Source of the DNA: Felis catus | Lineage: Eukaryota | Reading direction: 5' to 3' | NCBI RefSeq assembly: GCF_018350175.1 | Contig: NC_058368.1 | Location: forward strand, 620,001-684,000 | DNA: 64,000 nt | Part shown: piece after piece, positions 1-10,430 of the stretch | Layout: each line of letters starts with the position of its first letter | Position numbering within the stretch: the stretch's first letter is position 1 | Notes under the pieces: model-generated | The model's input: the letters and a program-made list of their open reading frames with translations, nothing else | Databases searched by the model: none | Told to the model about the DNA's origin: nothing | Translations under genes and position numbers: made by a program

Positions 1-1793
1 TATTATGACTTCTTTATATGACTTTTTAATATGATTTCTTTAATAGGAGATAAACTACAAAACCCTATTTAAAACATGACACTGTTCACAAGGTAAATGT
101 TATGGGCTTTTCTAAATTAAAAAAGACTAGGATCACCTGAGTGGCTCAGTCGGTTAAGCATCAGGCTCTTGATTTCGGCTCAGGTCATGAATTCATGGTT
201 TGTGGGGATCAAGCCCCACTTCCAGCTCCACACTGACAGCATGGAGCCCGTTTGGGGTTCTCTCTCTCCCTTTCCTGCGCTGGCGCTCACTCTCTCTCTC
301 AAAATAAATAAATAAATTTTTAAAAAATTGATTCATTAAAAAAGACTAAAAAGAGAGCTGTAACAACTGAATGTAACAGATGAACTTGACTGTTCCTGGT
401 TTTTTTAAAAAAACACATATTTGGGACAATAGTGGGAATTCTAAAATGAATTTAAATATTAAGGAATAGTAGTAGAGAATAGTATCTATACAGAAGAATA
501 TCATAATTTTTACTTGATGTGTGCTGAAATATTTGAAGTGATGTAACATAATGCCTGCATATTACTTGCAATGAAATGACTGAGCAAGTTACATTTAAAT
601 GTAGGCAGAAATACAGATGTATAGATATACATACACACATAGAAAAATATGTAGACAAAGTAAATACAGCAAAATATTAACTGCTGAATCAAGGTCTATT
701 ATTAATCATTGCAGTAGTCTTTCAACTTTTCTGGATGTTTGAAATTTTCCAAAATAAAAAGGTAAGAGAGTATACTGCTTAAAAAATTTTTAAAAGGCAT
801 GTGACCTTTCCATATTCTAAATCAGAAATAAAATATTATGCACAAAGGTGCCCAATCCTAACTAGTAAGGATAGACACCTTTTGTCATATTTTCTGCACT
901 TTTTTAGAACTTTCTCCAAAGAACATATTCATGAAAACACCATCAAAATTGAAAATGAAATTCAAATTAAAAATACTGGAAACAACTCAGCCCTACTGCA
1001 AAGAACATTAAATACTGATATATTATTTGATGACCAGCATGATGACAACCATTAAAATTATGGTTATGAAACTATGAAATTTACCATCACGTCTGAGTAG
1101 GAAAAGAACACATTATTTTCCATCTTGGCTGGGAAAAGAACACAATTATACGATATTTTACAGTTACAAAATGTAAAAAAAAAAAAAGTGGAAGGGGGAA
1201 TGGGGCACAGAAACAGCATTTTAAAAAAGGAAAAAAAAGACCAGAAGAAACTACACCAGAAATGCCACAAGACCTCCATGAGTTTAGACCATCAGATGCT
1301 GCCAGTTCTCTGGCAAAAACATGTTGAGCGCGAGGAATACAGAGGTACAGTGAGGGCAAACCGAGTGTCTGGGAGTGGACGGAATTTCTCTTCTGAATAG
1401 TAACTGCCACCACCAACCTATTTCTCACATTTCACATCTTCGATCATGTGCCCCTCCACTACCACACATACTACATAACCTCAAACTATTTCTAAGCTCT
1501 CAGAGAAAAATAGCACACACAGAACCCACCATCTCCCTTTTTGAAGACCCCATGCTACCTTGAGAGGTTTGAAATCAGCATGAGTATTGCGATTGTTCTC
1601 AGAAAGTCACAAAATTCTGTGTCCAGTTCTGTGTCCAATCCAGGCTCAATGGTTACGCAACATGTAGGGGCTCATAATTAAAGCCACAGGCACGGGGGAC
1701 AGGGGAAAAAATCCAGGAAGGACTTTTCTTGTCTTAGCACAGCTTGGTAACACTGCTAGCTAAGTACAAAAGAGAGAAATAGAAGTAACTCAC

Positions 1794-2093
1794 CTATAGG
1801 ATAGTCATGGTTTTCTTCCTTCAAATCATTGTTTTTCACAAGTGCTTCTTGATATTGTGCCTCACAAAACAAAGTGAGAGGAGCACCAGTTTTTGCAGTT
1901 AAGACAAAATCTGGATGAGTAGTTCTACAGAAGTTGTTTTGTTCATCAGATAAAATGTTGGAAGTGTGTGTTTTTTCTTGGGTTTGATTCTGGTAGACAT
2001 GTGACGGTAGGAAGGGCGAGGTTTTCTCTACAGTGGTTGAATTTCCTGGAGATCTATACTTCTGGCTCTGACCATCAGGCAGTAGGGTTAAAC
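1794..2093 (-). CDS. CENPJ: CENPJ (CPAP/SAS-4) coding exon 4; gene continues beyond window start
   Basis: Translates [21 protein letters not shown]...[24 protein letters not shown], recognisably CENPJ. Acceptor ttgcaag and donor gtgagt on the minus strand. 300 nt, phase 1-1, compatible with exon 3. Confidence 0.92.
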
Positions 2094-3551
2094 CTTGCAA
2101 TTAAAAAAAAATAGTTGAAAAAAAAAAAAATGATCAAAACTAATGACTTCCTAGAACATTTTCGCTTCTACCTGTTAGTGATCCCTACCTACCAGGTTTT
2201 CTCCAAAGTGATAAAAGTATTTTTTCCTCCTTATATTAGGAAACTCTATTTAACAAAATGATGAAATTTAGAAGTCCAAAATGACCGCTGCATAATTTGA
2301 ATCAAGGGTATGTTTATACGACAATTGATGTGCAGTGTAGACCTGGCACAGCTGCAACACAGCCTGCTTCTGGAAGGCACCATTCATCTTCCATCTGTGA
2401 GCACTACTGGAATTCTCAACTCTGCAGCCCCACAACAAACACAGAGAGCACCAATGCCAATAGCTGTAAATGATCTGAAGAGTTCCCTAAAGACAAATAA
2501 GCTCCCTAAAGACACCCGGGGGGCCTGCGTGGCTCAGTTGGTTGAGCATCCACCTTTGGCCCAGGTCATGATCTCATGAATTCAAGCCCCACATCAGGCT
2601 CCGTGCTGACAGCTCAGAGCCTGGAGCCTGCTTCAGATTCTGTGTCTCCCTCTCTCTCTACCCCTCCCCTGCTTGGACTCTGTGTCTCTCCCTCAAAAAA
2701 AAGTAAAAAACATTGAAAAAAATGTAAAATGTTAAAAAAAAAAAAAAAAAGCAAAGGGGCACCAGTTGGCTCAGCCAGTGGGGCATGTGACTTTTGGTCT
2801 CAGGGTTGTGAATTTGAGCCCCAAGTTGGGTGTAGAGATTACTTAAAAATAAAATCTTAAAAAAAAAAAAAAACAAAAAAACAAAAACAGAAGGGGCACC
2901 CAAGTAGCTCAGTCAGCTGAGCATCCAACTCTTGATTTCAGCTCAGGTCAGGATTTCAGGGTTTGTGCATTCCAGCCCCACGTTGGGCTCTGTGCTGACC
3001 ACATGGAGCCTACTTGGGATTCTCTCTCGCTCTCTCTATCCCTCCCCTGCTCACACACTCTCTCTCTTTCTCCCTCTCTCTCAAAATAAATATTTAAAAA
3101 TATATAAATCGAAGAAGAGAAGACACAATGTGAAGGGTTTTATAAGAGCCATGCCACCCATCTCTCAAACCCTCTGCCTCATCCCAGATCACAAATAAAA
3201 CTGGAAATGAGGTAGGTCTTCATAGACTATCAGGCTCAAACTCCTTTCTTTTATAGAACAATACTCTCTCCATCCAAAGATTTTTTTAAGTTTATTTATT
3301 TTGAGAAAGAGAGCATGAGTTGGGGAGGGGCAGAGAGAAAGGAAAAGAGAGAGAATCCTAAGTAGGCTCTGCGCTGTCAGTGGAGAGGCCAATGCGGGGC
3401 TTGAACCCATAAACCATGAGATCATGACCTGAGCCAAAATCGAAAGCCAGACTCAAATGACTGAGCCACCCAGCATCCCCAAATGTTTCTGACTTACAGT
3501 CACCTCACTTCAGACTGAAGATGTCTTTGATAAAAGTGCAATACCCCAAAG

Positions 3552-5811
3552 AGGCAGTTCTCAAAGTGTGGTCTGTAAACCCCTGAAGGTCTCTAAGATT
3601 CTTTCAGTGCATCCACAAAGTCAAATCTATTTTCATAAGATATTAAGATAGTATTTGTCTTTTTCACTTCATGCACTAATGGTGCAAGAGCAAAACAGAA
3701 ACTCGTAGTACCTTCACTGAAAAGCAGGACAGCAAAACAGTGGCACCAAACTGTGCTAGCAGTCACTGTATTAGTCACCACAAAAAACAAACAAACAAAC
3801 AAAAAACAGGGGCGCCTGGGTAGCTGAGTCAGTTGAGCGTCTGACTCTTGATTTTGGCTCAGGCCATAATCCCAGGGTCGTGGGATCGAGCCCCACATCA
3901 GGCTCCATGCTGGGTGTAGAGCCTGCTTAGGATTCTCTCTCTCCCTCTGCCCATCTCCCCTGCTGGTGCTCTCTCTCTCTCGCGCGCGCGCTCTCTCTCT
4001 CTCTCTCTCCCTAAAAACAAACAGTTTTATTTAAGAATGTCCTAGATAGGGGCGCCTGGGTGGTTCAGTTGGTTGAGTATCCAACTCTTGGTTTGGCTCA
4101 GGTCAAGATCTCACAGTTGTGAGATTAAGCCCCATGTTGGGCTCCATGCTGAATGTGGAGCCTGCTTGGGATTCTGTCCCTCCTCAGCGCACTCTCTCTC
4201 TCAAAAAAATAAAATAAAAAGGTCCTAAAGTTGCAAGAATTATTAATTTTTAAACTGAATTTGAACTGTTGAGTTCAAGTGTCATTTCAACATTCTATAG
4301 GACAAAACAAAAAGCGTGCATAAATCACTTCTACTGCAAACCAAGACATAGCTTGGTTTGAGATGTAAGCTTGACTAGGCACTTCTCTCAAAGAACATCA
4401 TTTTTGGGGCGCCTGGGTGGCGCAGTCGGTTAAGCATCCGACTTCAGCCAGGTCACGATCTCGCAGTCCGTGAGTTCGAGCCCCGCGTCAGGCTCTGGGC
4501 TGATGGCTCAGAGCCTGGAGCCTGTTCCCGATTCTGTGTCTCCCTCTCTCTCTGCCCCTCCCCCGTTCATGCTCTGTCTCTCTCTGTCCCAAAAATAAAT
4601 AAACGTTGAAGAAAAAAAAAAAAAAAAAAGAACATCATTTTTACTTGAAAGAATAAATGACAAAACTATGATGATTTAAACCTTCGTACTTGGCAGACAG
4701 TTTCTCAAAAATTAAACAAGCAAGCCAGTCACTTCAAAAAAAATGACTACAGTATTTAATAGTAAAACTTGAAGTCTCTAATAAAAATTAGAATTTATTA
4801 AACAAACCTACCACCATGAGCTTGACAGCTTCATAACACTTCAAGACTTAAAAAAAAAAAAAAAAAAGACAAAAAAATTTTTTTAATGTTTATTTTTGAG
4901 AGAGAGAGGGAGAGCACAAGTTGGGCAGGGGCAGAGGGAGAGAGAGAGGGAGACAGAGGATCCCAAGCACCTCAGCACTGACAGCAGAGAGCCTCATGCA
5001 GGCACTGACTCAAGAACTGTGAGACTATGACCTGAGCCTAAGTCAGACACTCAACCAACTGAGCGACCCAGGCAGCACCCTGTTACTTCAAGACTTTTAC
5101 GATGAGCTCTGTAGTGGTATTAATGGATATAATTTTTTGATATTATATGATAAAATACACTTAAGTATCTTTTAAAGACCTACATAACTCAGTGAACCAC
5201 TACTTTGCAAATAACCAATGCACAATTTTACTAAATCATGCATGATAAAAGAGCCATTCAAAATGCCAAGATATTCCAATATATTTCATGTAATAGAGTA
5301 TAAAAAAGTTCATTAATATAGTTTCAGACTCCATACTTTGAATTATCACTAAGAAACGGCCAATTGTTAGGTTTGGGTGCAATATCAAAGAAATAACTAC
5401 AATTATTTGAAAAGGCTATTACAGTACTCTTCTTTCCCTCTTCCAAGTAAACATCCATGTGAGGCCGAATTTTTTTTCACATGCTTCAATCAAAACAACA
5501 TAACTTAAGAGAATGAATGCAGAAGCAGATAGGACAATCAGCTGAGCTCTTTTAAACCAGAAGTTAAAAGAGATGTGCAAAAATATAAAACTATGCTATT
5601 CTTCTAATTTTTTAGAAAAACCTCTTCATTAAGTTACTTATGATAACATGTAACTGCTTTTTATTTTAATGAATTAGTTTTTTAATTTCTCCAATTTAAT
5701 TCCTGATAGTTAAATATCAACAGCCATAGCCCATAGAACAAATACTCTGGAGTCCTCATTAATTTAAGAGTGTTCAGTGGTCCTGAGACCAAACAGTGTT
5801 AAAAATCACTG
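3552..5811 (+). mobile_element. hAT/Charlie1a-like DNA transposon relic interrupted by four SINEs
   Basis: Ends aggcagttctcaaagtgtggtc... and ...gtcctgagaccaaacagtgttaaaaatcactg resemble the Charlie1a termini. Degenerate 8-bp flanks ccccaaag/tcctaaaa. Confidence 0.65.
4406..4627 (+). mobile_element. Young felid SINE
   Basis: Near-consensus sequence. TSD AAGAACATCATTTTT at 4391-4405 and 4628-4642. Confidence 0.93.
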
Positions 5812-7061
5812 TCCTAAAAGCAATGTGCCATAATTGAAAGGCGCTAGCTTTTATATCAACAATGTTGAAACTGCTTCCTTATTGCTCTACCGTAGTGCTA
5901 TTTCTACCTTAAAAAGTATCACAGGCTGTTATTGAAATGATCTGGATTATCCTCTTATGTATTCCATAAAGGAACCCTGACCCATTCAACTATTTCAAGA
6001 CATACACCATGTTCTCTACATTTACTAAGATAAACGTCCTAATTCCCTAAACCACTCTTCATTTGATACATTTCTCATCACTACCACTACTACTATTCCC
6101 TGAATCCCATCCAGCTACTTTGCACATTCATCTGCCAAAGTCTTTTATTCTTCGTATTCTCAATGCCCAGTGCAACCTCTGAACAGAACAGGCACTTTTG
6201 TGAATCAGCACTGTGTCTCTGGGAAGGTGCCATCAAGAAGTAAACACATGTTCCAGATCACTATTTCTCAAACTAAGGGATACAATCCATTAGTAATTTT
6301 ATCATCAGAATCATGACTGGTACTTTTTTCAATGAATGAGATTAGGACAAAATAAATAGAAAACATCCTTACAACATGCCAGGCACACCAATAAAGACTG
6401 ATTTATGAAATTTCTTTGAAATTGTGAGTCATGATTTTAAATGTTTTTGTTATAATGTGGTACGGTGAAACATCTCTCAAAACCACTGCTAGAGATCAAA
6501 TTTACACAGGTTTACAGTCCCCTGATAAGCATATCATGTTTTCTGTTAATTGATCTAGTATACAACAAAAGATGTGTCATCTGCCACCATAGAAAATATT
6601 TTTGGTATGGTTCCTCTGCTGACCAGAGTAGCCTCTACACATATTTTACCATTATGACCCTGAGGAGTTTTTCATTCTTTTTTTTTTTTTTTGAGAGAGA
6701 AAGAATCCCAAGTAGGCTCTGCTTTATCAATACAGAGCCTAATGCAGGGCTCGATCCCACAAACCACGAGATCATGACCTGAGCGGAGACAAGAGCCAGA
6801 CACTTAACTGACTGAGCCACCCAGACACCCTACGGAGTTTTTCATTCTTCAGGCAGGGGTTGTAAGCCAGTAGCCCTAGGCCAAATTTGGCTCTACATCT
6901 TTTATTCTGCTAGGTCTTTTTAAAATTTTATAGGGACGCCTGGGTGGCTCAATCGATTAAGCATCTGACTTTGGCTCAGGTCACCATTTCACAGTTTCTG
7001 AGTTCGAGCCCAACACAGGGCTCTCTGATGTCAGCACAGAACCACTTTGGATCCTCTGTCC

Positions 7062-7093
<32 letters not shown>

Positions 7094-7656
7094 CCCCCTC
7101 TCCCCACTCATCTGCTCTCTCACTCCCTCTCTCTAAAATAAATAAACATTAAAAAAAATCTTTAGGGGCACCTGGGTGGCTCAGTCAGTTAAGCGTCCGA
7201 CTTCAGGCTCAGGTCATGATTTCACGGTTCATGGGTTCAAACTCCACGTCGGGCTCTGTGCTGACAACTCAGAGCCTGGAGCCTGCTTTGGATTCTGTGT
7301 CTCCCTCTCTCTCTCTGCCCCTCCCTCTCTCTCTCTGTCCCTCCCTCGCTCATGCTCTGTCTCTCAAAACTAAGTAAATGTTAAAAAAAAAATTAAAAAT
7401 CTTCAAACTTTTATTTTATAAATAAATATGGCTGCCGTTAAGCAGGGCACACATGCTCCAGAATGGCCCAGCTCCCACCTGTCCCAATCATATACCACCA
7501 CCACCATTTCATAGTTATCTGCAAGGCCCCTGAAGAAACTGGGGTTCACCACATATGACAGAGTAATGGTAGAAAAAACCTGTCAAACAACTAAAGGTGA
7601 GAAATGTCACTGTTCACTGTTGAGCTGACTGAAGGCTCTGTGTAAGCACAAAGTAC

Positions 7657-7780
7657 CTGGGAGTGGTTGGTGCCCAGACACAGCAGTGAGCAGCTTCTCT
7701 TGTTCTTCCAGAAGTCTCTGTAGTTGCTCGAAATGCTGCCTCCTCAGCTGTTCCTGCTTCTTCTGTTGTACTTCTTTCAG
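7657..7780 (-). CDS. CENPJ: CENPJ coding exon 3
   Basis: [41 protein letters not shown](G), a coiled-coil segment. AG/GT boundaries, 124 nt, phase 0-1. Confidence 0.92.
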
Positions 7781-8278
7781 CTTTTTAAACATAAAATTTG
7801 ATTAAACTAACTTTACATTTCTTTAGGGATCTTTGCTCCTTACATTTATCTTAACCCCTCTCATCTCCCTTTTCGTATCATCTCTAATACAGAGTTTCAA
7901 AGAGTGATCCCTAAGTAACTACATCTGCCACCCAAACTCTAAAATCCTATTTTTTATGAAGGAAACATAGAAACAGAAAAAGTCATTTGAATCTGTAGAT
8001 TCTTACAATACAATAGGTATCAGTACATTTATGATCAACTTTTCCCCTTTAATATCTAATCAGCCATTTCCAATTCAGTTTTTACCAAACGAAGCAGAAA
8101 CTTAAAAGACATTGTTATCTCGAGTGTTGTATGTTACATATCAAACCTGTGTTAATGTTTCACATTAGATAAAAGGCAAAATTTGGTATTTTGAGGATTT
8201 CCCAGGAAAGGGGAAGAAAACTTTTCATCAACAGAAACTTGCAATAATGCAAATACATTAGGCCAAATTCTGTTGTAC

Positions 8279-8722
8279 CTGTTCAAGCTTTTTAAAAAGT
8301 GGGTCTTTATAAGGCACTTCTTTGCATTCACTTGAAAGATCTGAGACAATGTCATTTTTGTTATCTTCCCAGTGTCCAGGAGCACCCTGACATGCCACTA
8401 TTTGTGGTTCCTCTTTAGTTAAAGGAAACACTGCATGTGTTTCAGACTTATTTGATTGTAGTTTATAAGGGCTGTTAGAGTCCAACTTCTGTTCTTCATG
8501 AAGTGAATCTTCTTCACTTATAAAGGTGAAGCTATCTGAAAAATGCGTGGCTTTAACAGGAAAGCTGGTAGAAATGTTCACACTTGCTCGCTGCTCTTCG
8601 TCTGCTTCCAAAATAGGAAATCCACGATTTAATATGACCCCAGCCCGAGAAGGATTGGTCATCCACTGGGTTAGGAAGCTCTGCCCACTGTTTAACTCTG
8701 AAGAGGCTGGCATCACGAACAT
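8279..8722 (-). CDS. CENPJ: CENPJ first coding exon (exon 2; exon extends to about 8788 with 5'UTR)
   Basis: ATG at 8722: [43 protein letters not shown]...DPLFKKLEQ, the CENPJ N-terminus. 444 coding nt, donor gtacaa, upstream acceptor tctttctacag at 8789. Confidence 0.95.
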
Positions 8723-8999
8723 TTTAGTCCAATGACACTATTATATTTAAATAATATACAAGCTGGAACTGCTATTAATTTCCAATGCCTGTAGAAAGAA
8801 GATGCCAACAAAAAACATCGGTTAAATCTGTTCTACCCAAACCGCGAACCAGCACAAAAATCTACTGGATATTTCAAATTCAAAAGACTTAATCAGCAAA
8901 GCAACTGGGCAAGAAGTTACGTGGTTTGTTTTTTTTTTTTTTAAGCCTTAAAAATATCCAAATTGAGTGAATCAAAAACCTAAGTTCCTTGCTGACAGA

Positions 9000-9355
9000 A
9001 TCAGCATATAGATGTTATTTAAGGCCTTGACACTGGGCGAGATCACTAAGTGACTGAGGGTACAAAAAAGAGAAAATGTAGAAAGTAGTGTCCTGGAGAC
9101 CAAGTGAAAAAAGTGTTTCAAGGAAGAAAGAGGCGTGTTAAATGCTGTTAACAGACGAAGGGTGAGAACTGAGAACTGATCTTGGAATTGAGCAACGTAA
9201 AGGTCATGATAACTTCAATGAGAGCAGCTGGAAGGGAGAGGGACGCTGCCAAAGCTTAAATGGAGGAAATACATGAAAGAATGAGAAATTAAGGACTGCT
9301 AACTCTTCCCAGGAGTTCTGTTATAAAGGGAAGGAAATAAATGGAACGGTGGCTG
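9000..9355 (-). mobile_element. Ancient LINE2 fragment interrupted by the provirus (continues at about 16436-16560)
   Basis: Purine-rich, degenerate L2-like sequence (gtgtcctggagaccaagtgaaaaaagtgtttcaagg...) that reads through across the TSD. Family recognised by eye. Confidence 0.55.
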
Positions 9356-9919
9356 TGAAAGGGCGGGCCCACGCCAGCCAACTCCATCTTGTTCTGTGTC
9401 CTTCACCTAGACCACGCCTCCTCCCTTTGAGTGACCTCCCGCTCACCCATTCAAGCTTCCTGATCAAAACACGCCACTTCCCCAGCCAATCGGCTGCCCC
9501 TAGACCCCTATAAAACCTTTGTGCTTTTGAAACTCGCGCTCTTGGGGCGCCTGGGTGGCGCAGTCGGTTAAGCGTCCGACTTCAGCCAGGTCACGATCTC
9601 GCGGTCCGGGAATTCGAGCCCCGTGTCGGGCTCTGGGCTGATGGCTCAGAGCCTGGAGCCTGTTTCTGATTCTGTGTCTCCCTCTCTCTCTGCCCCTCCC
9701 CCATTCATGCTCTGTCTCTCTCTGTCCAAAAAATAAATAAACGTTGAAAAAAAAAAATTTAAAAAAAAAAAGAAACTCGCGCTCTTTCCCTGGTATCTCA
9801 CCGCTGCGTCAGTGCAGGTAGGGGATTGAGCTCGAGCTAGCTCGAATAAAGGCTCTTTGCTTTTGCATCGGACTCGGCTCCCTAGTGGTCTTTGGGGATC
9901 ACGAATTCTGGGCATAACA
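9356..9919 (+). repeat. 5' LTR (321 bp plus 243 bp of SINE insertion and TSD)
   Basis: TGAAAGGGCG...GGCATAACA. CCAAT 9486, TATAAAA 9509-9515, AATAAA 9845-9850. Matches the 3' LTR once the SINE is removed. Confidence 0.96.
9544..9771 (+). mobile_element. Young felid SINE (SINEC_Fc type) inserted in the 5' LTR
   Basis: GGGGCGCCTGGGTGGCGCAGTCGG head, (CT)n and A-tail. 15-bp TSD GAAACTCGCGCTCTT at 9529-9543 and 9772-9786. Confidence 0.96.
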
Positions 9920-9921
9920 TT

Positions 9922-9940
9922 TGGGGGCTCGGCCCGGGAT
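9922..9940 (+). promoter_or_regulatory. Primer-binding site, tRNA-Pro-like (variant)
   Basis: TGGGGGCTCGGCCCGGGAT, 2 nt after the LTR; the canonical PBS-Pro is TGGGGGCTCGTCCGGGAT. Confidence 0.85.
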
Positions 9941-9984
9941 CCCCAAGACCCCCAAGGGACCCCCGACCCGGAGAGCCTGACTGG

Positions 9985-10120
9985 CCACGGTTAGTGTCTG
10001 TTTGTTCTGTCTTTTCTGTGTGAGCTCATTTCTGGAATTCTGGTAGTGCCCGACGCGGTCTAAGTGGACGCACTGGAGGACCACGGGCCGGGAGTTTCGG
10101 AAGACGTTCCGATTCTCCCT
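9985..10120 (+). promoter_or_regulatory. Retroviral splice donor and dimerisation/packaging (psi) signal
   Basis: Donor CG|GTTAGT at 9990, palindrome TGAGCTCA at 10021-10028, and GACG-tetraloop hairpins AGTG-GACG-CACT (10063-10074) and GGGAG.TT.TCGGAA-GACG-TTCCGA.TT.CTCCC (10090-10119). Confidence 0.75.
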
Positions 10121-10123
10121 TCT

Positions 10124-10312
10124 GGAGGGACGTGGAATCCCCTCATCTGTTTCGGAGGGACGTGGAATCCCCTCATCTGTTTTGGAGGGACGTGGAATCC
10201 CCTCAAAGGTCTGAGACGAGGCGGGTCGCTCCCGCTGGTCGGCGTGAGGCCGTCGTCTTTGGAGGGACGTGGAATCCCCTCATCGGTTTTGGAGGGACAT
10301 GGAATCCCCTCA
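10124..10312 (+). repeat. Leader tandem repeat, five copies of GGAGGGACGTGGAATCCCCTCA (30-bp period, arranged 3+2)
   Basis: Copies start at 10124, 10154, 10184, 10261 and 10291. Confidence 0.95.
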
Positions 10313-10430
10313 AAGGTCTAAGCTAGCTCTCAGTTTTGCTTCCATGGAGTTGGAAGACTTTCTAGGGGCCCTCTGTTTGTCTGTTTTTGTGTTTCTCTGT
10401 TTTGCTCTGTGGACTTACTGGACGGACGTT

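Larger units (their letters stand above)
2516..7400. repeat. Dense cluster of carnivore SINEs in CENPJ intron 3 (about 11 copies, both orientations)
   Basis: Plus-strand heads at about 2516, 2756, 2893, 3808, 4049, 4406, 6932 and 7165. Minus-strand copies at about 3290-3480, 4880-5075 and 6680-6830. Confidence 0.9.

Noticed and set aside
1..1790. Possible CENPJ exon 5
   Set aside because: No segment resembling the expected downstream CENPJ peptide with splice sites was found; it probably lies left of the window.
4406..4490. tRNA-like A and B boxes suggesting tRNA genes (here and in other SINE heads)
   Set aside because: These are the tRNA-derived heads of carnivore SINEs, followed by (CT)n, an A-tail and TSDs.
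10124..10312. Regularly spaced, partly palindromic repeats superficially like a CRISPR array
   Set aside because: The spacers are near-identical 8-mers, there are no cas genes, and the context is a retroviral leader in a mammalian genome.
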